The notes: generated by a model from the letters alone, not told the origin. A DNA stretch of 32,000 nt from Xanthomonas campestris pv. campestris str. ATCC 33913 (GCF_000007145.1 NC_003902.1:490325-522324), one strand, 5' to 3'; positions 19,201-28,848 are shown, numbered from the stretch's first letter. Translations and numbers: made by a program.

Positions 19201-20673
19201 TCAGCGCTGCGCGGGTTCCTGCACCGCCACTGCGGTGGCGGGCGTGCTCTCCCAGCCGCCGCCCAGCGCCTTGAACGCGGCTACCGCGCTGCGGGCCGCC
19301 TCGGTCTGCGCCTGCAGTTGCGCATCGGAGGTGCGCAGCAAGGCGTCGTCGGCGTTGAGGACTTCGATCAGGCTGACCACGCCCTTCTCGTAGGCTGCGG
19401 CGGAGGCGCCGCGTGCCTTGCCCAGCGCGTCCACGCCTTGTGCCAGCACGGTGGCCTGCTGCTCGCGTTTGACCAGCGCGGTGAGCGCGTTTTCCACATC
19501 TTCGGTGGCGCGCAGCACGGCGAGCCGGTAGGCGGCCAGCTGTTCGGCTTCCTGGCCCTTGGCCTGTGCAATCTGCGCGTTGATGCGGCCGAAATCGAAC
19601 AGCCGCCAACGCAGCCCGAGCACGCCGGCCGACTGCGCGGCGTCGCCGGTGAACAGGTTGGCGCCGGAGATGGCGGTGGCACTGCCGATCAATCCACTCA
19701 GCGAGAATTTGGGGTAGTACTCGGCCATGGCCACGCCGATGCGCGCGTTGGCCACGGCCAGCCGGCGCTCGGCCACGATCAGGTCCGGCCGCCGCCGCAA
19801 CAGGTCCCCCGGCGAGGCGGCGCCGGTCACCTGCGGGGCGGTCGGGATCGGCGTGCTGGCCACCAGCTCGGCCCGGTGGGTGCCGGGCGTGGCGCCCAGC
19901 ATCACGTCCAGGGCGTTCATCGCTGCGGTCAGCGCGGTCTCCAGCGCGGGCACGCCGGCCTGGGCCTGGGTCAGCGCGCCCTGCGCCTGATGCACCTGCA
20001 GGTCGGCCGCCAGCCCCTTGCCCTGCAGCAGCGTCACCATGGCGAGCAGCTGCTGTTGGGTGGCGACCTGGCGCTGGGCCACCGCCAGCCGTGCCTGCAG
20101 GCCACGGATGCTGATGTAGGTGTCGGCGGTCTGCGCCGCCACCGCCAGCCGCGTGGCGGCCGCACCGGCAGCGCTGGCCTGGTAATCGGCCAGTGCCGCC
20201 TGGCGGCCACGGCGCAGCCCGCCGAACACATCGATCTCCCAGCTGGCGTTGGCAGTGGCGTCGTAAACGCTGGCATAGCGGTCGAAGTCCGGGGTGTTGC
20301 GCAGCACCTGCCCCAGCGGGGTTTCCAGCGATTGGTAGGTGCGGGTGGCCTGGCCATTGATGCTGCCGGAGGGCAGCAGGGCGGCGTTGGCCGCGCCCAG
20401 CCCTGCGCGCGCCTGGGTCACGCGCGCGGCGGCCTGGGCCAGGTCCAGGTTCTGCGCCAGCGCCGCTGTGACATACCGGTCCAGGGCCGGGTCGCCAAAG
20501 CCGGCCCACCAGCGCGACAGGTCGACCGGGGCAGCGGCACTGCGCTGCTCGGCGGCGTCCTGGGCCAGGTAACGGTCCGGCAGTGGGGCGTCGGGGCGAG
20601 CGTACTCGGGGCCGACCGCGCAGCTGGCAAGGCTGGCGGTGAGCAGCACGGTGAGGGTGCGCAAAGAGGGCAT
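19201..20673 (-). CDS. Efflux outer membrane factor lipoprotein (NodT/OprM family)
   Basis: 490 aa. Lipobox LTASLASC at the signal peptide end. LSRWWAGFGDPALDRYV is the typical OMF N-terminal motif. The two-repeat alpha/beta-barrel type sequence is rich in Q/A/L. Confidence 0.9.
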   Translation of the reverse strand: MPSLRTLTVLLTASLASCAVGPEYARPDAPLPDRYLAQDAAEQRSAAAPVDLSRWWAGFGDPALDRYVTAALAQNLDLAQAAARVTQARAGLGAANAALLPSGSINGQATRTYQSLETPLGQVLRNTPDFDRYASVYDATANASWEIDVFGGLRRGRQAALADYQASAAGAAATRLAVAAQTADTYISIRGLQARLAVAQRQVATQQQLLAMVTLLQGKGLAADLQVHQAQGALTQAQAGVPALETALTAAMNALDVMLGATPGTHRAELVASTPIPTAPQVTGAASPGDLLRRRPDLIVAERRLAVANARIGVAMAEYYPKFSLSGLIGSATAISGANLFTGDAAQSAGVLGLRWRLFDFGRINAQIAQAKGQEAEQLAAYRLAVLRATEDVENALTALVKREQQATVLAQGVDALGKARGASAAAYEKGVVSLIEVLNADDALLRTSDAQLQAQTEAARSAVAAFKALGGGWESTPATAVAVQEPAQR

Positions 20674-20702
20674 GGCAGGGCCGGTCTGGCAGTGGAAGTG
20701 CA

Positions 20703-20726
20703 GTGACTATAATACGGATTGGTCAC
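20703..20726. promoter_or_regulatory. Candidate TetR operator 1 (GTGACTAT-N8-TTGGTCAC) in the divergent OMF/tetR promoter region
   Basis: GTGACTATAATACGGATTGGTCAC has inverted arms GTGAC/GTCAC (AGTGAC/GTCACT with flanks). It shares both 8-nt ends with the site at 21388-21411. It overlaps -10-like hexamers on both strands: TATAAT at 20708-20713 (+) and TATTAT (complement of 20709-20714). Confidence 0.45.
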
Positions 20727-20757
20727 TTTTGTATGTCCCGCGTTGGAGCGTTAAGCT

Positions 20758-21381
20758 GTGCGCATGAACAAAGCATCCAGTTACCCCGTGTCCGGCCGCG
20801 GCCCGGCCGACCATGACGTGCGCGACCAGATCGTCAACGCCGCCACCGAGCATTTCAGACGCTACGGGTACGAGAAGACCGCCGTCTCCGACCTGGCCAA
20901 ATCCATCGGCTTCTCCAAGGCATACATCTACAAGTTCTTCGAATCCAAGCAGGCCATCGGCGAGATGATCTGCACTAACTGCCTGCGCCAGATCGAGGAC
21001 GAGGTGCGCGCTGCCGTGGACGAAACCGACTCGCCGCCCGAGAAATTTCGCCGGATGTTCAAGGTGATCGTGGACGCGAGCCTTCGGTTGTTCTTCGAGG
21101 ATCGCAAGCTGTATGAGATTGCCGCCTCGGCGGCCACCGAGCGTTGGCAGTCGGTGCTGGCCTACGAGGAACGGGTGCTGGCGCTGCTGCAGGAGATCCT
21201 GCAACAGGGCCGCCAGGGCGGCGATTTCGAGCGCAAGACCCCGCTGGACGAAGCCACCCGGGCGCTCTACGTGCTGATCCGCCCGTACACCAATCCCGTG
21301 CTGATGCAGCACAGCCTGGACGTCATCGACGAGGTTCCCGGGCTGTTGTCGGGCCTGGTGCTGCGCAGCCTGTCGCCCTAA
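20758..21381 (+). CDS. TetR/AcrR-family transcriptional repressor
   Basis: HTH segment YEKTAVSDLAKSIGFSKAYIYKFFESKQAI. GTG 20758 has GGAG 9 nt upstream. The alternative ATG is at 20764. Confidence 0.9.
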   Translation: MRMNKASSYPVSGRGPADHDVRDQIVNAATEHFRRYGYEKTAVSDLAKSIGFSKAYIYKFFESKQAIGEMICTNCLRQIEDEVRAAVDETDSPPEKFRRMFKVIVDASLRLFFEDRKLYEIAASAATERWQSVLAYEERVLALLQEILQQGRQGGDFERKTPLDEATRALYVLIRPYTNPVLMQHSLDVIDEVPGLLSGLVLRSLSP

Positions 21382-21387
21382 TCGCTG

Positions 21388-21411
21388 GTGACTATTGACT
21401 GATTTGGTCAC
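21388..21411. promoter_or_regulatory. Candidate TetR operator 2 upstream of the MFP-RND genes
   Basis: GTGACTATTGACTGATTTGGTCAC has the same length and the same 8-nt ends as operator 1. It contains a -35-like TTGACT (21395-21400) and lies 45 nt upstream of the MFP start. Confidence 0.45.
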
Positions 21412-21455
21412 AAGTACCAAGATGCGAGCCATCCTAGAACTCCACTGGAACTCGC

Positions 21456-22571
21456 ATGCGTCGGCGCCGTCTTGTTGTTGCATCCCTGCTGTGTGTGCTG
21501 CCGCTGGCGTTGGCCGGCTGTGGCGACAAGACCCCGGCTGATCCGCGCACCGCCACGCCGTTGGTGCGGGTGGCGACGGTGGGCGACGCCAGTTCGGCGG
21601 CGCGCAGCTTTTCCGGCACGGTGGCGGCACGGGTCCAGAGCGAACTGGGTTTCCGCGTCTCCGGCAAGGTGTCCGAGCGCCTGGTCGATGCCGGGCAGCG
21701 GGTGACCCGCGGCCAGCCGCTGCTGCGGATCGATCCGGTCGATCTCAAGCTCGCCGCGCAGGCGCAACAGGAAGCGGTGACCGCCGCGCGGGCGCGTGCG
21801 CAGCAGGCAGGCGAGGACGAAGCGCGCTACCGCGATCTGCGCGGTACCGGCGCCATTTCGGCCTCGGCCTACGACCAGATCAAGGCCGCCGCCGATGCCG
21901 CCAAGGCGCAGTTGAGCGCAGCGCAGGCGCAGGCCGATGTGGCGCGCAACGCCAACCGTTACACCGACCTGCTGGCCGACGCCGATGGCGTGGTCATGGA
22001 AACCCTGGTCGAACCCGGCCAGGTGGTTGCGGCCGGGCAGCCGGTGGTGCGGCTGGCGCATGCCGGGCGCCGCGAAGCCATCATCCAGCTGCCGGAGACG
22101 CTGCAGCCGGTGGTGGGCTCCACCGCACAAGCCACCTTGTTCGGCAATGCCGGGGTCACCGAGCCCGCCACGCTGCGCCAGTTGTCCGACAGCGCAGACC
22201 GGCTCACGCGCACCTTCGAGGCGCGCTACGTGCTTGGCGGCGCCCTGGCCGACGCGCCCCTGGGCACCACGGTGAGCATCCGCATTCCCGAAGCCGCCGC
22301 CACGCAGGCGGGGGTGCAGGTGCCGCTGGGCGCGCTGTTCGATGCCGGCAAGGGCACGGGCGTGTGGGTGATCGCCGGCACGCCGGCCAAGGTGGCGTGG
22401 CGGCCGGTGCGGGTGCTGCGCCTGGATGACGATCACGCCAACGTCGCCGGCACGCTCGCGCGCGGTGAGCGCATCGTTGCGCTGGGTGCGCATCTGTTGC
22501 GCGACGGGCAGCACGTACGCATTGCCGGCGTCACCGCCAAGCCCGCGCCTGCCGCAGGAGCGCAGCCGTGA
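21456..22571 (+). CDS. RND efflux periplasmic adaptor (membrane fusion protein)
   Basis: 371 aa. Lipoprotein signal LPLALAGC. Lipoyl-like hairpin segment GFRVSGKVSERLVDAGQRVTRGQPLLRIDP. The coiled-coil region is rich in A/Q. Confidence 0.9.
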   Translation: MRRRRLVVASLLCVLPLALAGCGDKTPADPRTATPLVRVATVGDASSAARSFSGTVAARVQSELGFRVSGKVSERLVDAGQRVTRGQPLLRIDPVDLKLAAQAQQEAVTAARARAQQAGEDEARYRDLRGTGAISASAYDQIKAAADAAKAQLSAAQAQADVARNANRYTDLLADADGVVMETLVEPGQVVAAGQPVVRLAHAGRREAIIQLPETLQPVVGSTAQATLFGNAGVTEPATLRQLSDSADRLTRTFEARYVLGGALADAPLGTTVSIRIPEAAATQAGVQVPLGALFDAGKGTGVWVIAGTPAKVAWRPVRVLRLDDDHANVAGTLARGERIVALGAHLLRDGQHVRIAGVTAKPAPAAGAQP

Positions 22572-25500
22572 GCGAAGGTCGCTTCAATCTCTCCGCGCTG
22601 GCGGTCCGCGAGCGCTCCATCACCTTGTTCCTGATCGTGCTGATCTCGCTGGCGGGCCTGGTGGCCTTCCTCAAGCTGGGACGTGCGGAAGACCCGGCGT
22701 TCACCGTCAAGGTCATGACCATCATCACTGCCTGGCCCGGCGCCACGCCGCAGGAAATGCAGGAGCAGGTGGCCGAAAAACTCGAAAAGCGCATGCAGGA
22801 ATTGCGCTGGTACGACCGCACCGAAACCTATACGCGCCCGGGCCTGGCATTCACCACCTTGACGCTGCTGGACAGCACGCCGCCCGGTGAAGTGCAGGAG
22901 CAGTTCTACCAGGCGCGCAAGAAAGTCGGCGACGAAGCCGGCAACCTGCCGGCCGGTGTGATCGGGCCGATGGTCAACGACGAATACGCCGATGTCACCT
23001 TCGCGCTGTTTGCGCTCAAGGCCAAGGGCGAGCCGCAACGGCTGCTCGCCCGCGATGCGGAAACCATGCGCCAACGCCTGTTGCATGTGCCCGGCGTCAA
23101 GAAGGTCAACATCATCGGCGAACAACCCGAGCGCATCTTTGTCGAGTTCTCGCATGATCGCCTGGCCACGCTGGGCGTCAGCCCGCAGGACGTGTTTGCC
23201 GCGCTCAATGCGCAAAATGCATTGACGGCGGCCGGCTCGGTGGAGACGCGTGGGCCGGATGTGTTCATTCGCCTGGACGGTGCGCTCGACAACCTGCAGA
23301 AGATCCGTGATACCCCACTGGTGGTGCAGGGCCGCAGCCTGAAGTTGTCCGATATCGCCACCGTCAAACGTGGCTATGAAGACCCGTCCACGTTCATGAT
23401 CCGCAGCGGCGGCGAGCCGGCGTTGTTGCTGGGCATCATCATGCGCGATGGCTGGAATGGCCTGGATCTGGGCAAGTCGCTCGATGCCGAAGTGGGCGCC
23501 ATCAACGCCGAATTGCCGCTGGGCATGCAACTGAGCAAGGTCACCGACCAGGCCGTGAACATCGATGCATCGGTGGGCGAGTTCATGACCAAGTTCTTCG
23601 TCGCGCTGCTGGTGGTGATGCTGGTGTGCTTCGTCAGCATGGGCTGGCGCGTCGGCATCGTGGTGGCGGCGGCGGTGCCGTTGACGCTGGCGGCAGTGTT
23701 CGTGGTGATGCTGGCCACCGGCAAGAATTTCGACCGCATCACGCTGGGTTCGTTGATTCTGGCGCTGGGTCTGTTGGTGGATGACGCCATCATTGCCATC
23801 GAAATGATGGTGGTGAAGATGGAAGAAGGCTACGGCCGCGTTGCTGCCTCGGCGTATGCGTGGAGCCACACCGCCGCACCGATGTTGTCCGGCACGCTGG
23901 TGACCGCGGTGGGCTTCATGCCGAACGGATTTGCTGCTTCCACGGCCGGCGAATACACCAGCAACATGTTCTGGATCGTGGGCATCGCGCTGATCGTGTC
24001 GTGGGCGGTGGCGGTGGTGTTCACGCCGTATCTGGGCGTGAAGATGCTGCCGGATATGAAGAAGATCGAAGGCGGCCACGCCGCGATCTACAACACGCCG
24101 CGCTACAACCGCTTCCGCCAGGCGCTGGGTCGCGTCATTGCCCGCAAGTGGCTGGTCGCAGGTTCGGTGGTGGGGCTGTTCGTGCTGGCGGTCGTTGGCA
24201 TGGGCATCGTCAAGAAGCAGTTCTTTCCGATCTCCGACCGCCCCGAAGTACTGGTCGAAGTGCAGCTGCCGTACGGCACCTCGATCAACCAGACCAGCAC
24301 GGCCGCCGCGAAGGTGGAAGCCTGGCTGTCCAAGCAGAAGGAAGCAAAGATCGTGACCGCCTACATCGGTCAGGGCGCGCCGCGCTTTTTCCTGGCGATG
24401 GGTCCGGAACTGCCGGACCCCTCGTTCGCAAAGATCGTGGTGCGTACCGACGACCAGCACGAGCGCGATGCGTTGAAGCTGCGCTTGCGTGAGGCGATCG
24501 CGCAAGGCCTGGCACCGGAAGCGCGCGTGCGCGCGACGCAATTGACCTTCGGCCCGTATTCGAAGTTTCCGGTCGCCTACCGGGTGAGCGGCCCGGACCC
24601 GACGGTGCTGCGCGGCATCGCTGCGCAGGTCATGCAGGTGATGCAGGACAGCCCGATGCTGCGCACCGTCAATACCGACTGGGGCGTGCGCACACCGACC
24701 CTGCATTTCAGCCTGGACCAGGATCGCCTGCAGGCGGTGGGGCTGACCTCGGCCGCGGTCGCCCAGCAGTTGCAGTTCCTGCTCAGCGGCGTGCCGATCA
24801 CGCTGGTGCGCGAGGATATCCGCAGTGTGCAGGTGGTGGCGCGGTCGGCCGGCGATACTCGTCTGGATCCGGCACGCATCGCCGACTTCACCCTGGCCGG
24901 CGGCAACGGCCAACGCGTCCCGCTGTCGCAGGTAGGTAAGGTGGATGTGCGCATGGAAGAGCCGGTCATGCGGCGCCGCGATCGCGTGCCGACCATCACG
25001 GTGGGCGGCGATGTCGACGACACGCTGCAGCCGCCGGATGTCTCGGCTGCGATCACCAGGCAGCTGCAGCCGATCATCGACAAACTGCCCAGCGGATATC
25101 AGATCAAGGAGGCCGGCTCCATCGAGGAGTCCGGCAAGGCCACCGCCGCGATGCTGCCGCTGTTCCCCATCATGCTGGCGGCCACGTTGCTCATCATCAT
25201 CCTGCAGGTGCGCTCGATCTCGGCGATGGTGATGGTGTTTCTCACCAGCCCGCTCGGACTGATCGGTGTGGTGCCGACCTTGATCCTGTTCCAGCAACCG
25301 TTCGGCATCAATGCGCTGGTGGGATTGATTGCACTGTCGGGCATCCTGATGCGCAACACGCTGATCCTGATCGGACAGATCCATCACAACGAAGCCGAGG
25401 GTCTGGATCCGTTCCATGCGTTGGTGGGAGCCACCGTGCAGCGTGCGCGTCCGGTGATTCTGACGGCACTGGCGGCGATCCTGGCATTCATTCCACTCAC

Positions 25501-25666
25501 CCATTCCGTGTTCTGGGGCACCTTGGCCTACACGCTGATCGGCGGCACGTTGGCCGGCACCGTGTTGACCCTGGTGTTCCTGCCGGCGATGTATTCGATC
25601 TGGTTCAAGATCCGGCCCGATCCCGGCAAAGGGAATAACGCACCGGACATTGCCCGGCCTGCATGA
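22568..25666 (+). CDS. RND efflux transporter permease (AcrB/AcrD/AcrF superfamily)
   Basis: 1032 aa. GTG start overlaps the MFP stop (GTGA). N-terminal TM1 SITLFLIVLISLAGLVAF is followed by a large periplasmic loop. The hydrophobic blocks repeat twice, consistent with a 12-TM RND architecture. Confidence 0.94.
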   Translation: MSEGRFNLSALAVRERSITLFLIVLISLAGLVAFLKLGRAEDPAFTVKVMTIITAWPGATPQEMQEQVAEKLEKRMQELRWYDRTETYTRPGLAFTTLTLLDSTPPGEVQEQFYQARKKVGDEAGNLPAGVIGPMVNDEYADVTFALFALKAKGEPQRLLARDAETMRQRLLHVPGVKKVNIIGEQPERIFVEFSHDRLATLGVSPQDVFAALNAQNALTAAGSVETRGPDVFIRLDGALDNLQKIRDTPLVVQGRSLKLSDIATVKRGYEDPSTFMIRSGGEPALLLGIIMRDGWNGLDLGKSLDAEVGAINAELPLGMQLSKVTDQAVNIDASVGEFMTKFFVALLVVMLVCFVSMGWRVGIVVAAAVPLTLAAVFVVMLATGKNFDRITLGSLILALGLLVDDAIIAIEMMVVKMEEGYGRVAASAYAWSHTAAPMLSGTLVTAVGFMPNGFAASTAGEYTSNMFWIVGIALIVSWAVAVVFTPYLGVKMLPDMKKIEGGHAAIYNTPRYNRFRQALGRVIARKWLVAGSVVGLFVLAVVGMGIVKKQFFPISDRPEVLVEVQLPYGTSINQTSTAAAKVEAWLSKQKEAKIVTAYIGQGAPRFFLAMGPELPDPSFAKIVVRTDDQHERDALKLRLREAIAQGLAPEARVRATQLTFGPYSKFPVAYRVSGPDPTVLRGIAAQVMQVMQDSPMLRTVNTDWGVRTPTLHFSLDQDRLQAVGLTSAAVAQQLQFLLSGVPITLVREDIRSVQVVARSAGDTRLDPARIADFTLAGGNGQRVPLSQVGKVDVRMEEPVMRRRDRVPTITVGGDVDDTLQPPDVSAAITRQLQPIIDKLPSGYQIKEAGSIEESGKATAAMLPLFPIMLAATLLIIILQVRSISAMVMVFLTSPLGLIGVVPTLILFQQPFGINALVGLIALSGILMRNTLILIGQIHHNEAEGLDPFHALVGATVQRARPVILTALAAILAFIPLTHSVFWGTLAYTLIGGTLAGTVLTLVFLPAMYSIWFKIRPDPGKGNNAPDIARPA

Positions 25667-25797
25667 AGCACTTCTGCGACCGTGGCCACGGTGCCGTCGC
25701 AGCGCAATGTCGTGCGCCATCGTCACCACCTTCCGAACGCATGCCATGCAGGCGCACGCGTATCGCCGATGTCTTTCTCTTGATTGAAGGAACCGCA

Positions 25798-26604
25798 ATG
25801 CAACAGCAGACCGTTGTGCTGATCACGGGCGTGTCGTCCGGCATTGGCCGTGCCGCCGCAGAACACTTCGCCCGAGCCGGCTGCCTCGTTTACGGCAGCG
25901 TGCGTCACCTGGCCGGTGCCACACCGTTGACGGCCGTGGAGCTGGTGGAGATGGATATCCGCGATGCCGCTTCGGTGCAGCGTGCGGTCGATGGCATCAT
26001 CGCCCGCGCGGGCCGCATCGATGTGCTGGTCAACAACGCAGGCACCAATCTTGTCGGTGCCATTGAAGAAACCAGCGTCGACGAAGCGGCCGCATTATTC
26101 GACATCAACCTACTCGGCATCCTACGCACCGTGCAGGCCGTGCTGCCGCACATGCGTGCACGCGGCCAGGGCCGCATCGTCAATGTCAGCTCGGTGCTGG
26201 GGTTCCTGCCGGCGCCGTACATGGGCGTGTATGCCGCCTCCAAACATGCGGTGGAAGGGCTGTCGGAAACGCTGGATCACGAGCTGCGTCAATTCGGCAT
26301 TCGCGTGACGCTGGTGGAGCCTGCGTATACGAAAACCAGCCTGGGCAGCAATTCGCCGGTGGTGCAGGCCACCATTGCCGATTACGACCGCGAGCGTGGC
26401 GTGGTGGCGCGGGCAGTCACGCACAGTATCGACACCGCGCCGGAACCGCATGGCGTGGCCGCCACCGTGGTGGAGGCGGCCCTGGGCAGGTGGCGCATGC
26501 GCCGCACACCCGCCGGGCAGGCATCGCTGCTGAGCAAGCTGCGCCGGTTCCTGCCCGCCAGCGCGGTGGACGGCAGCCTGCGCAAGCAGCTCGGGCTGCG
26601 GTGA
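25798..26604 (+). CDS. Short-chain dehydrogenase/reductase
   Basis: Start at ATG 25798 with GAAGGA upstream. Motifs: VLITGVSSGIGRAAA, LVNNAGT, YAASKHAVEG. The track ORF from 25663 is a 5' over-extension. Confidence 0.88.
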   Translation: MQQQTVVLITGVSSGIGRAAAEHFARAGCLVYGSVRHLAGATPLTAVELVEMDIRDAASVQRAVDGIIARAGRIDVLVNNAGTNLVGAIEETSVDEAAALFDINLLGILRTVQAVLPHMRARGQGRIVNVSSVLGFLPAPYMGVYAASKHAVEGLSETLDHELRQFGIRVTLVEPAYTKTSLGSNSPVVQATIADYDRERGVVARAVTHSIDTAPEPHGVAATVVEAALGRWRMRRTPAGQASLLSKLRRFLPASAVDGSLRKQLGLR

Positions 26605-26783
26605 GATGCGTCAGGGCGTCGATGCGGCTGGGAACGCAGGGGTTGGGCCGTACGGCGCGATTACGTCAGTCCAGGCGCGCATGCCGCCATTTGGCGGTTC
26701 TGCAGCGCCACTTGATGCTGGATTCACCGAGGATGCCGCCTTGGCCTCACAATAGGCGGCCAGTCCCCAGCACCGATGTCGCC

Positions 26784-27119
26784 ATGCGCAAGACCTACCA
26801 GCTCAACCTCGAAGGCAAGAACCGCGATCGTCTGCTGGAATCCAGCAAGCACGATATCCGCAAGTACATCCGCCGCGAGCGCCGCAAGGAGCTGCCGGCC
26901 GGCGCGGACTACTGGGACTTCGAGATGCGCTTCGGTGTGGATGAAGCCAGTGCCGTGGCGCTGCCGCCGGCCGAGCTGATCCGCTCGATCAACGCACTCG
27001 TCGCCGACGGTGGCGAGCAGTTCTTCGTCGAAATCCTGCGCAAGCCGGGCAAGCGCACGCCACGCGCGCAGAACGATCATGCGTTCGGTGATGGCGAACT
27101 GGATTTCGAGCAGGATTGA
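26784..27119 (+). CDS. Small conserved protein, DUF6172-like
   Basis: MRKTYQLNLEGKNRDRLLESSKHDIRKYIRRERRKELPAGADYWDFEMRFG... matches my recollection of the DUF6172 pattern (K.RDR.L...KH.IRKY..RER.K.LP.G.D.WDF..RFG). 111 aa. No clear SD. The family name needs an HMM check. Confidence 0.65.
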   Translation: MRKTYQLNLEGKNRDRLLESSKHDIRKYIRRERRKELPAGADYWDFEMRFGVDEASAVALPPAELIRSINALVADGGEQFFVEILRKPGKRTPRAQNDHAFGDGELDFEQD

Positions 27120-27555
27120 GGTGTGATCGTCGTCCCGTCGGCGGCGCACCGCTGCGGGACGAGCAGTTGCTGGCGGATTGTCGACCGCATCGCATGGACG
27201 AGCCAGGCCTCGCGCGTTGCAGATGGCAACTGGCAAGGGTGCAGGAGGCCTGCGGTGACTTGACGCTGGCGAGCGTCCTTATTGGCGAAGCGACGGGGAC
27301 GCTGCCATCGGCCAACCCTCCTGGTGCTTGGTAGCGGACACTTACCGCTCGGACGCAGCGGTTCGAGCGGGCCGTGGCTGGCCGACGCTGTTGCGCCAGC
27401 GCGTTTTTGCTGGGCGGTTGCGGCTTACGCATGCTGTGCGCGTTCGGTTACCAAGGCCGGCGGTTGCCAGGCCAGCCCGCGCTGCAGTGCGACGGTGTGG
27501 GCGCAGTCATCACGCACCGGTGCTAGGACTGCTCGCGCCGGTACGTTCGCTACTT

Positions 27556-28848
27556 TCAGCCCGGCTTGCCAGCCTGCGCCTGCGCCGCGGCACGTAATTT
27601 GTCCTTCTTGCTCGGCCGCTTGCCCTTGATGCCGCCGTTGTCATCCGCTGCACGCGCCGCTGCGCCGGACGCATGGTCGGGGGCAGGCGCCTGGACCGGA
27701 GTTGGCTCGAACCCTTCGATCACGCTGGTCGGCACGCGCAGGCCCTGGCGTTTTTCGATCAGCCGCCACTGCTGGGCGCTGTCTGCCGTGACGAAGCTGA
27801 TCGCCACGCCGCTGGCACCGGCGCGTGCGGTGCGGCCGATGCGGTGGGTGTAGTCGACAGTGGAGCGGGGCAGGTCGTAATTGAGCACGGCCGGCAAGGC
27901 GTCGATGTCGATGCCGCGCCCGGCCAGGTCGGTGGCCACCAGCACCTGCACGTCCGCCTGTTTGAAGGCGCGCAGCGTGCGTTCGCGGCGGCCCTGGCTC
28001 AATTCGCCGTGCAGCGGCAAGGCGGCGATGCCGGTCTTGCTCAGTTTCTCGGCAACCTTGTCGGCGCCGTGGCGGCTGGTGACGAAGACCAGCAGTTGCG
28101 GCCATCCGTGTTCCAGCAGCAGGTGGCGCAGCAGCTGCGTACGTTGGCCGGCATCCACTGCGATGGCGCGTTGCGCGATCGCCGGTGCCTGTTCGGGCGT
28201 GCCGCCGAGGGTGATGCGCAACGGATCGCGCAGGCGACGCTTGGCCAGCGACGCGATGGCGGCTGGGAAGGTGGCCGAGACCAGCACGCTTTGCCGCTGG
28301 GCAGGCAGCAAGGCCAGGATGCGATCGAGCTCGGCGCCAAAGCCCAGGTCGAGCAGGCGATCGGCTTCGTCCAGCACCAGCGTGCTTACCTGCGAGAGGC
28401 GCAGCGCATTGTGCGTCACCAGGTCCAGCAGCCGCCCCGGGGTGGCGATGACGATGTCGGCGCCACCGCGCAAGGCCATCAGCTGCGGATTGATGGCTTC
28501 ACCGCCGGTGGCGGCGACGATCTTCAGCCGTCGCGGCAAGGCGGCGGCCAGCGACAGCAGGGTGTGCGCGACCTGCGCGACCAGCTCACGCGTCGGTACC
28601 AGGATCAGCCCGCCCAGCACGCGCGGCGCCTGTTCCGGCGCCTGCAGGCGCTGCTGCAGCAGCGGCAAGGCATACGCCAGGGTCTTGCCCGAGCCGGTCT
28701 GCGCGGTGGCGATCAGGTCGCGTGCGGCCAGCATCGGCGGAATCATCGCGACCTGGATCGGCGTGAGCGCACGCACACCGGCCCTGGCGAGCGCGGACTC
28801 GAACACGGGCTGTAGCTGTAGCGACAGCAAATCTGCTTTCAGTGACAT
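27556..28848 (-). CDS. DEAD-box ATP-dependent RNA helicase
   Basis: 430 aa. Q-motif region LTPIQ, motif I AQTGSGKT, motif II VLDEAD, motif III SAT (LVSATF), motif VI HRIGRTARAG, and a basic C-terminal tail GKRPSKKDKLRAAAQAQAGKPG. Confidence 0.93.
   Translation of the reverse strand: MSLKADLLSLQLQPVFESALARAGVRALTPIQVAMIPPMLAARDLIATAQTGSGKTLAYALPLLQQRLQAPEQAPRVLGGLILVPTRELVAQVAHTLLSLAAALPRRLKIVAATGGEAINPQLMALRGGADIVIATPGRLLDLVTHNALRLSQVSTLVLDEADRLLDLGFGAELDRILALLPAQRQSVLVSATFPAAIASLAKRRLRDPLRITLGGTPEQAPAIAQRAIAVDAGQRTQLLRHLLLEHGWPQLLVFVTSRHGADKVAEKLSKTGIAALPLHGELSQGRRERTLRAFKQADVQVLVATDLAGRGIDIDALPAVLNYDLPRSTVDYTHRIGRTARAGASGVAISFVTADSAQQWRLIEKRQGLRVPTSVIEGFEPTPVQAPAPDHASGAAARAADDNGGIKGKRPSKKDKLRAAAQAQAGKPG

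Noticed and set aside
25674-25702. Hairpin CTGCGAC-(15 nt, containing CGTGGCCACG)-GTCGCAG just after the RND stop, as a terminator
   Set aside because: It has a 7-bp stem with a large loop and no U-run. The downstream SDR gene may be co-transcribed. The evidence is insufficient to call it a terminator.
22433-25798. 1121-aa minus-strand ORF antisense to the RND permease. Similar long antisense ORFs are 1783-3081, 2925-4256, 4293-5657, 5413-7314, 6612-9242 and 9464-11626 (all minus) and 19003-20706 and 27673-28815 (plus).
   Set aside because: Each lies exactly opposite a gene with strong family motifs. Their translations are dominated by Arg/Gly/Ala/His/Gln with no recognisable domains. Long stop-free antisense frames are expected at this GC content.
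27321-27380. tRNA-like fragments: CTTGGTAGC (D-loop-like), AGCGG-ACACTTA-CCGCT (5-bp stem, 7-nt loop) and GGTTCGAGC (T-loop-like)
   Set aside because: No acceptor stem can be formed. The T-arm has no complementary stem. The loop lacks the conserved U33. The pieces do not assemble into a cloverleaf on either strand, so this is probably chance similarity.
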